Made by a program: the position numbers and the translations under genes. A stretch of 64,000 nucleotides of DNA from Thermoanaerobaculia bacterium (GTDB taxonomy: Bacteria > Acidobacteriota > Thermoanaerobaculia > UBA5066), in NCBI GenBank assembly GCA_038245905.1, contig JBBRRY010000007.1, positions 1-64,000 on the forward strand, in the 5' to 3' direction. Shown one piece after another: positions 60,937 to 64,000 of this stretch. The notes beneath the pieces are model-generated. The model saw nothing but the letters and a program-made list of their open reading frames with translations. It ran no database searches and was not told the DNA's origin. Numbering within the stretch: the first letter of the stretch is position 1; every line of letters begins with the position of its first letter.

Positions 60937-61608
60937 GTGTCGCTCCCCGACGCGCCCGCGCTCGTGGCAGGCTTCCGCACCCTCTTCGGGGAAGACCCGC
61001 GCGCCGCGTTTCGCGACTGGGTCGTCCTGCAGGAGCACCTGCGGGACGCCGGCGGCGGGGAAGAGGACGCACGGAAAGCACGCGCGCTCGCGAATGATCT
61101 GCTCGAAATTCGAGGCGCACTGGCGTTTTCTTCGAAAGGGGAAGAGGCGACTTTCCTGCACAACGTCGCCGTCTTCTTCGGGTCGCGCGGCCCGGCGGAG
61201 AGCCTCCCTTTCTCTCTCTACCTATTTGAAGAATCTCTCGACGCCGGTTACGGAAGCGAAGACCCTGAGGCGATGGCGCGTCTTCAACACAACCGCGGCA
61301 ACGCGCTCCAGAACCTCGCGCGGTCGACCGGCGACCTGCTGGAGGCGCTCGGGTGCTACGAGCGCGCCCTCACGGTGCGCGACGACTCGCGCCGCATCGC
61401 CCGCGGCGTGACCTTGCATGCCCGGGGGTTGCTCTTCCGAAAACTGGCGGAGGCCGAGCCCGGGGTGAGACTCGAGCGCCTCGCAGCGGCCATTTCCTCC
61501 TTCGAAGAATCTCTCTCCCTTCGTTCCGATGAAAAGCTGGAACGCGGCATGGCCGAGACGGCTGCCGCTCTCGCCGAGGCGCGACAGGCGCTTTCTTCGG
61601 GCTGCTAG
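60937..61608 (+). CDS. TPR-like hypothetical protein
   Basis: GTG 6 nt after TACGAT; LQHNRGNALQ..EALGCYERALTV TPR pattern. Confidence 0.7.
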   Translation: MSLPDAPALVAGFRTLFGEDPRAAFRDWVVLQEHLRDAGGGEEDARKARALANDLLEIRGALAFSSKGEEATFLHNVAVFFGSRGPAESLPFSLYLFEESLDAGYGSEDPEAMARLQHNRGNALQNLARSTGDLLEALGCYERALTVRDDSRRIARGVTLHARGLLFRKLAEAEPGVRLERLAAAISSFEESLSLRSDEKLERGMAETAAALAEARQALSSGC

Positions 61609-61618
61609 GATTCCTCGA

Positions 61619-63073
61619 ATGGCGCGGCGCATCCTCGTCTGTGACGACGAACCGGACATCCGTGAGTCGCTTCGAACGCTTCTCTCCGAGGAAGGGTACG
61701 AGGTCACGGCGGTCTCCTCCGGGGTGAACGCTGTTTCCGAGGCGCCGGACCACGACGCCGTGCTCCTCGACATCAAGATGCCCGGTCAGGACGGGCTGGA
61801 GACGCTCGCGAAGATGCGCGGGCGGGGAATTGCCACGCCTGTCATCGTCATCTCGGGCCATGGCGACGTGAAGACAGCCATGGAGGCCGTTCACGCGGGC
61901 GCCGACGACTTTCTCGAGAAACCGCTGTCGTCCGAGCACGTCCTGAATGCGCTCCGGCGCGTCCTGGATTCGACGCGCCTCGTGCGCGAGAACCTCGAGC
62001 TGAAATCGCGCCTCGGCATCACGCGCATCGTGGGGAACAGCGACGCGATCCGCCGGCTTCTCTCCGACGTCGCGAAGGCGGCGCCGACGCCCGCGACGGT
62101 CCTCATCGTGGGGCCGAGCGGCACGGGGAAGGAGCTCGTTGCCCGCGCGATTCACGAAGGCTCCCTCGTGAAGGCCGGTCCGTTCGTGCAGGTGAATTGT
62201 GCGGCGATTCCGGACACCCTCATTGAATCGGAGCTTTTCGGACACGAGCGCGGCTCGTTCACCGGAGCAGACCGCAAGCAGACCGGGAAATTCGTCGAGG
62301 CGGACGGCGGCACGATTTTTCTGGACGAGGTGGGCGACATGTCGGCCTCCGCGCAGGCGAAGGTTCTGCGCGTCCTGCAGGAGGGCGAGGTCGAGCCGGT
62401 CGGAAGCCCGCGCGTCGTGAAGGTGAAGGTTCGCGTCGTCGCCGCGACGAACCGCGACCTCACGGGTCTCATCGCGCAGGGGAAGTTCCGGGAGGATCTC
62501 TACTACCGTCTCAACGTCCTCGTCCTCCGGACGCCCTCGCTCACCGAAAGGCCCGAGGACGTGCCCGTGCTCGTCGCGCACTTCGCCGAGCACTTCGCCC
62601 GCACGAACAACTATCGTCCGAAACGCTTCACCGATGCCGCGCTCGAGACGCTCGCGGCTCGCGCGTGGCCGGGAAACGTGCGCGAGCTGAAGAACTACGT
62701 CGAGCGGCTCATGATCATGTCCGACGGGGACGTGCTCGACACTCCGGACGTCGAGCCCGGAGCGGCCCCGCGCGAGGGCGACGTGCCGCTCGCCGTCGTC
62801 GTGCGCGGGGGCCGGGTGGTCGACCCGGCGGCGGCTTCGGGCGCGGCGGGCGTGTGGGAGCGACTTCTCTCGATCGGGACGCTGCAGGAATTCCAGGACG
62901 AAACGGAGAGGCTCTTTCTCGTGGCGAAGCTCACCGAAAACGCCGGGAACGTGACGCGCACGGCCGAGGCCATCGACACGCCGCGTTCGAACCTCTACAA
63001 GAAGATCGACCGCTATGGACTGCGCCGGGACCGCGAGAACCCGGAAGGACGGGAGCCCCGTGACGCCGGATGA
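61619..63073 (+). CDS. NtrC/NtrX-family response regulator (REC-AAA+-HTH)
   Basis: LVCDDE, DIKMP, GPSGTGKE, ESELFGHERGSFTGA, FREDLYYRL, WPGNVREL and a C-terminal HTH. Confidence 0.93.
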   Translation: MARRILVCDDEPDIRESLRTLLSEEGYEVTAVSSGVNAVSEAPDHDAVLLDIKMPGQDGLETLAKMRGRGIATPVIVISGHGDVKTAMEAVHAGADDFLEKPLSSEHVLNALRRVLDSTRLVRENLELKSRLGITRIVGNSDAIRRLLSDVAKAAPTPATVLIVGPSGTGKELVARAIHEGSLVKAGPFVQVNCAAIPDTLIESELFGHERGSFTGADRKQTGKFVEADGGTIFLDEVGDMSASAQAKVLRVLQEGEVEPVGSPRVVKVKVRVVAATNRDLTGLIAQGKFREDLYYRLNVLVLRTPSLTERPEDVPVLVAHFAEHFARTNNYRPKRFTDAALETLAARAWPGNVRELKNYVERLMIMSDGDVLDTPDVEPGAAPREGDVPLAVVVRGGRVVDPAAASGAAGVWERLLSIGTLQEFQDETERLFLVAKLTENAGNVTRTAEAIDTPRSNLYKKIDRYGLRRDRENPEGREPRDAG

Positions 63074-63653
63074 CGTCCGCCGCCACTTCACGGAGGCGGG
63101 GGCGCTCCTGTCCGGCCACTTCCGGCTTTCGTCGGGCCTCCACTCCGAGGCGTATCTCCAGTGCGCGAAGGTGCTCCAGTGGCCCGGGCGCGCCGAGGCG
63201 CTCGGCGGGGCGCTCGCGGCTCTGCTCGCCCCGTTTCAGGCCTCGGTCGTCGTCTCGCCCGCGATGGGCGGAATCATCATCGGCCACGAAGTGGGGCGCG
63301 GTCTCTCCGTGCGGGCGATCTTCACGGAGCGCGTCGACACCGCGTTCACGCTTCGGCGAGGCTTCGCGCTCGAGCCGGGAGAACGCGTTGCGGTGGTCGA
63401 AGACGTGGTGACGACCGGAAGGTCCACACGCGAGGTTCTCGGCATCCTGCATGCAGCGGGCGCCGTGCCCGTCGTGTGCGCGTCGATCGTCGACCGGCGG
63501 GCGGCTGGAGCACTCCCGGAGGTGGACGGCGTGCCCTATCGCGCGCTCCTGGCTCTGGACGTGCCGGCGTTCGAGGCGACGGCGTGCCCGCGGTGCGCGG
63601 CCGGCGATCCGATCGTCGCGCCGGGCTCGCGCCACCTGGCGGCGAAGATTTGA
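63060..63653 (+). CDS. pyrE: Orotate phosphoribosyltransferase
   Basis: GHFRLSSGLHS..YLQC, SPAMGG and VVEDVVTTGRS motifs. Confidence 0.95.
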   Translation: MTPDDVRRHFTEAGALLSGHFRLSSGLHSEAYLQCAKVLQWPGRAEALGGALAALLAPFQASVVVSPAMGGIIIGHEVGRGLSVRAIFTERVDTAFTLRRGFALEPGERVAVVEDVVTTGRSTREVLGILHAAGAVPVVCASIVDRRAAGALPEVDGVPYRALLALDVPAFEATACPRCAAGDPIVAPGSRHLAAKI

Positions 63654-64000
63654 CCGACGCCGACCTCGTCCGGGCGTTGAAGGAGCGCGCCGGCGCGAAC
63701 GACTCCCTCGTCTACGCGCACCGCGTGTATGCCGAAACGGCCGCACTCGCGCGTCGACATGGTCTCGTTGCGCCGCGTGCCGCCCTGGAGATCGGGCCTG
63801 GCGTGAACCTCGGGTCGCTCTTCTGCTTCGCGGCGTCGGGTGTCCCTGCGCTCTGTGCAGCCGACGTCGTGCCGCTGCCCGAGGCGCCACCCCTCTTCTA
63901 CGAGACGCTCCACGACTACCTTCTCGCGACCGAAGGCTTCTCCTGGTGGAGGGCCTGGGCGGACCCCGCCTCGACGGTCGCGTCGTTCCCGTCGCTCGAG
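63650..64000 (+). CDS. Probable class I SAM-dependent methyltransferase (partial, runs off window)
   Basis: TTG overlaps the pyrE stop; the frame includes LEIGPGVNLG (motif I-like). Confidence 0.55.
   Translation, partial: MTDADLVRALKERAGANDSLVYAHRVYAETAALARRHGLVAPRAALEIGPGVNLGSLFCFAASGVPALCAADVVPLPEAPPLFYETLHDYLLATEGFSWWRAWADPASTVASFPSLE

Noticed and set aside
62230-62270. GSFTGA instead of GAFTGA in the NtrC-family regulator
   Set aside because: A common variant that does not by itself indicate novelty, and I found no convincing sigma54 promoter in the window.

Overview
GC-rich (~70% by eye) bacterial chromosomal window; gene content and protein style suggest Acidobacteriota, possibly Thermoanaerobaculia (inference). 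Left to right: an alternative complex III operon (actABCDEF, a small membrane subunit and a SCO protein running off the left end); a GT-C-type membrane glycosyltransferase; the rimP-nusA-infB-DUF503-rbfA-nrnA-truB-rpsO-pnp cluster with a rimP-leader attenuator; TonB-C, CoA-binding protein, DegP, mqnE, MFS, recO, glyQS and assorted enzymes; fdhD/yeiH, PBP1B, a DNA glycosylase and a DprE2/DprE1-like pair; a 10-gene DUF4331/TPR/metal-ABC/ECF sigma/cupin anti-sigma cluster with two matching ECF-type promoters; tRNA-Sec; one intact and one disrupted hybrid histidine kinase; an NtrC-family regulator, pyrE and a partial methyltransferase. The most unusual signals are (1) about 20 copies of a dispersed AT-rich ~24-nt motif (purine tract-GATTTTCTTNGAARG-purine tract), mostly inside coding sequences, often as convergent inverted pairs and once as a 24-nt-period triplet; (2) the ECF-controlled DUF4331 cluster, whose secreted members have predicted N-terminal His metal sites and which carries an Fpv-like ABC module; (3) many apparently leaderless genes. 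All family assignments are from motif recognition and recall, with no database search.
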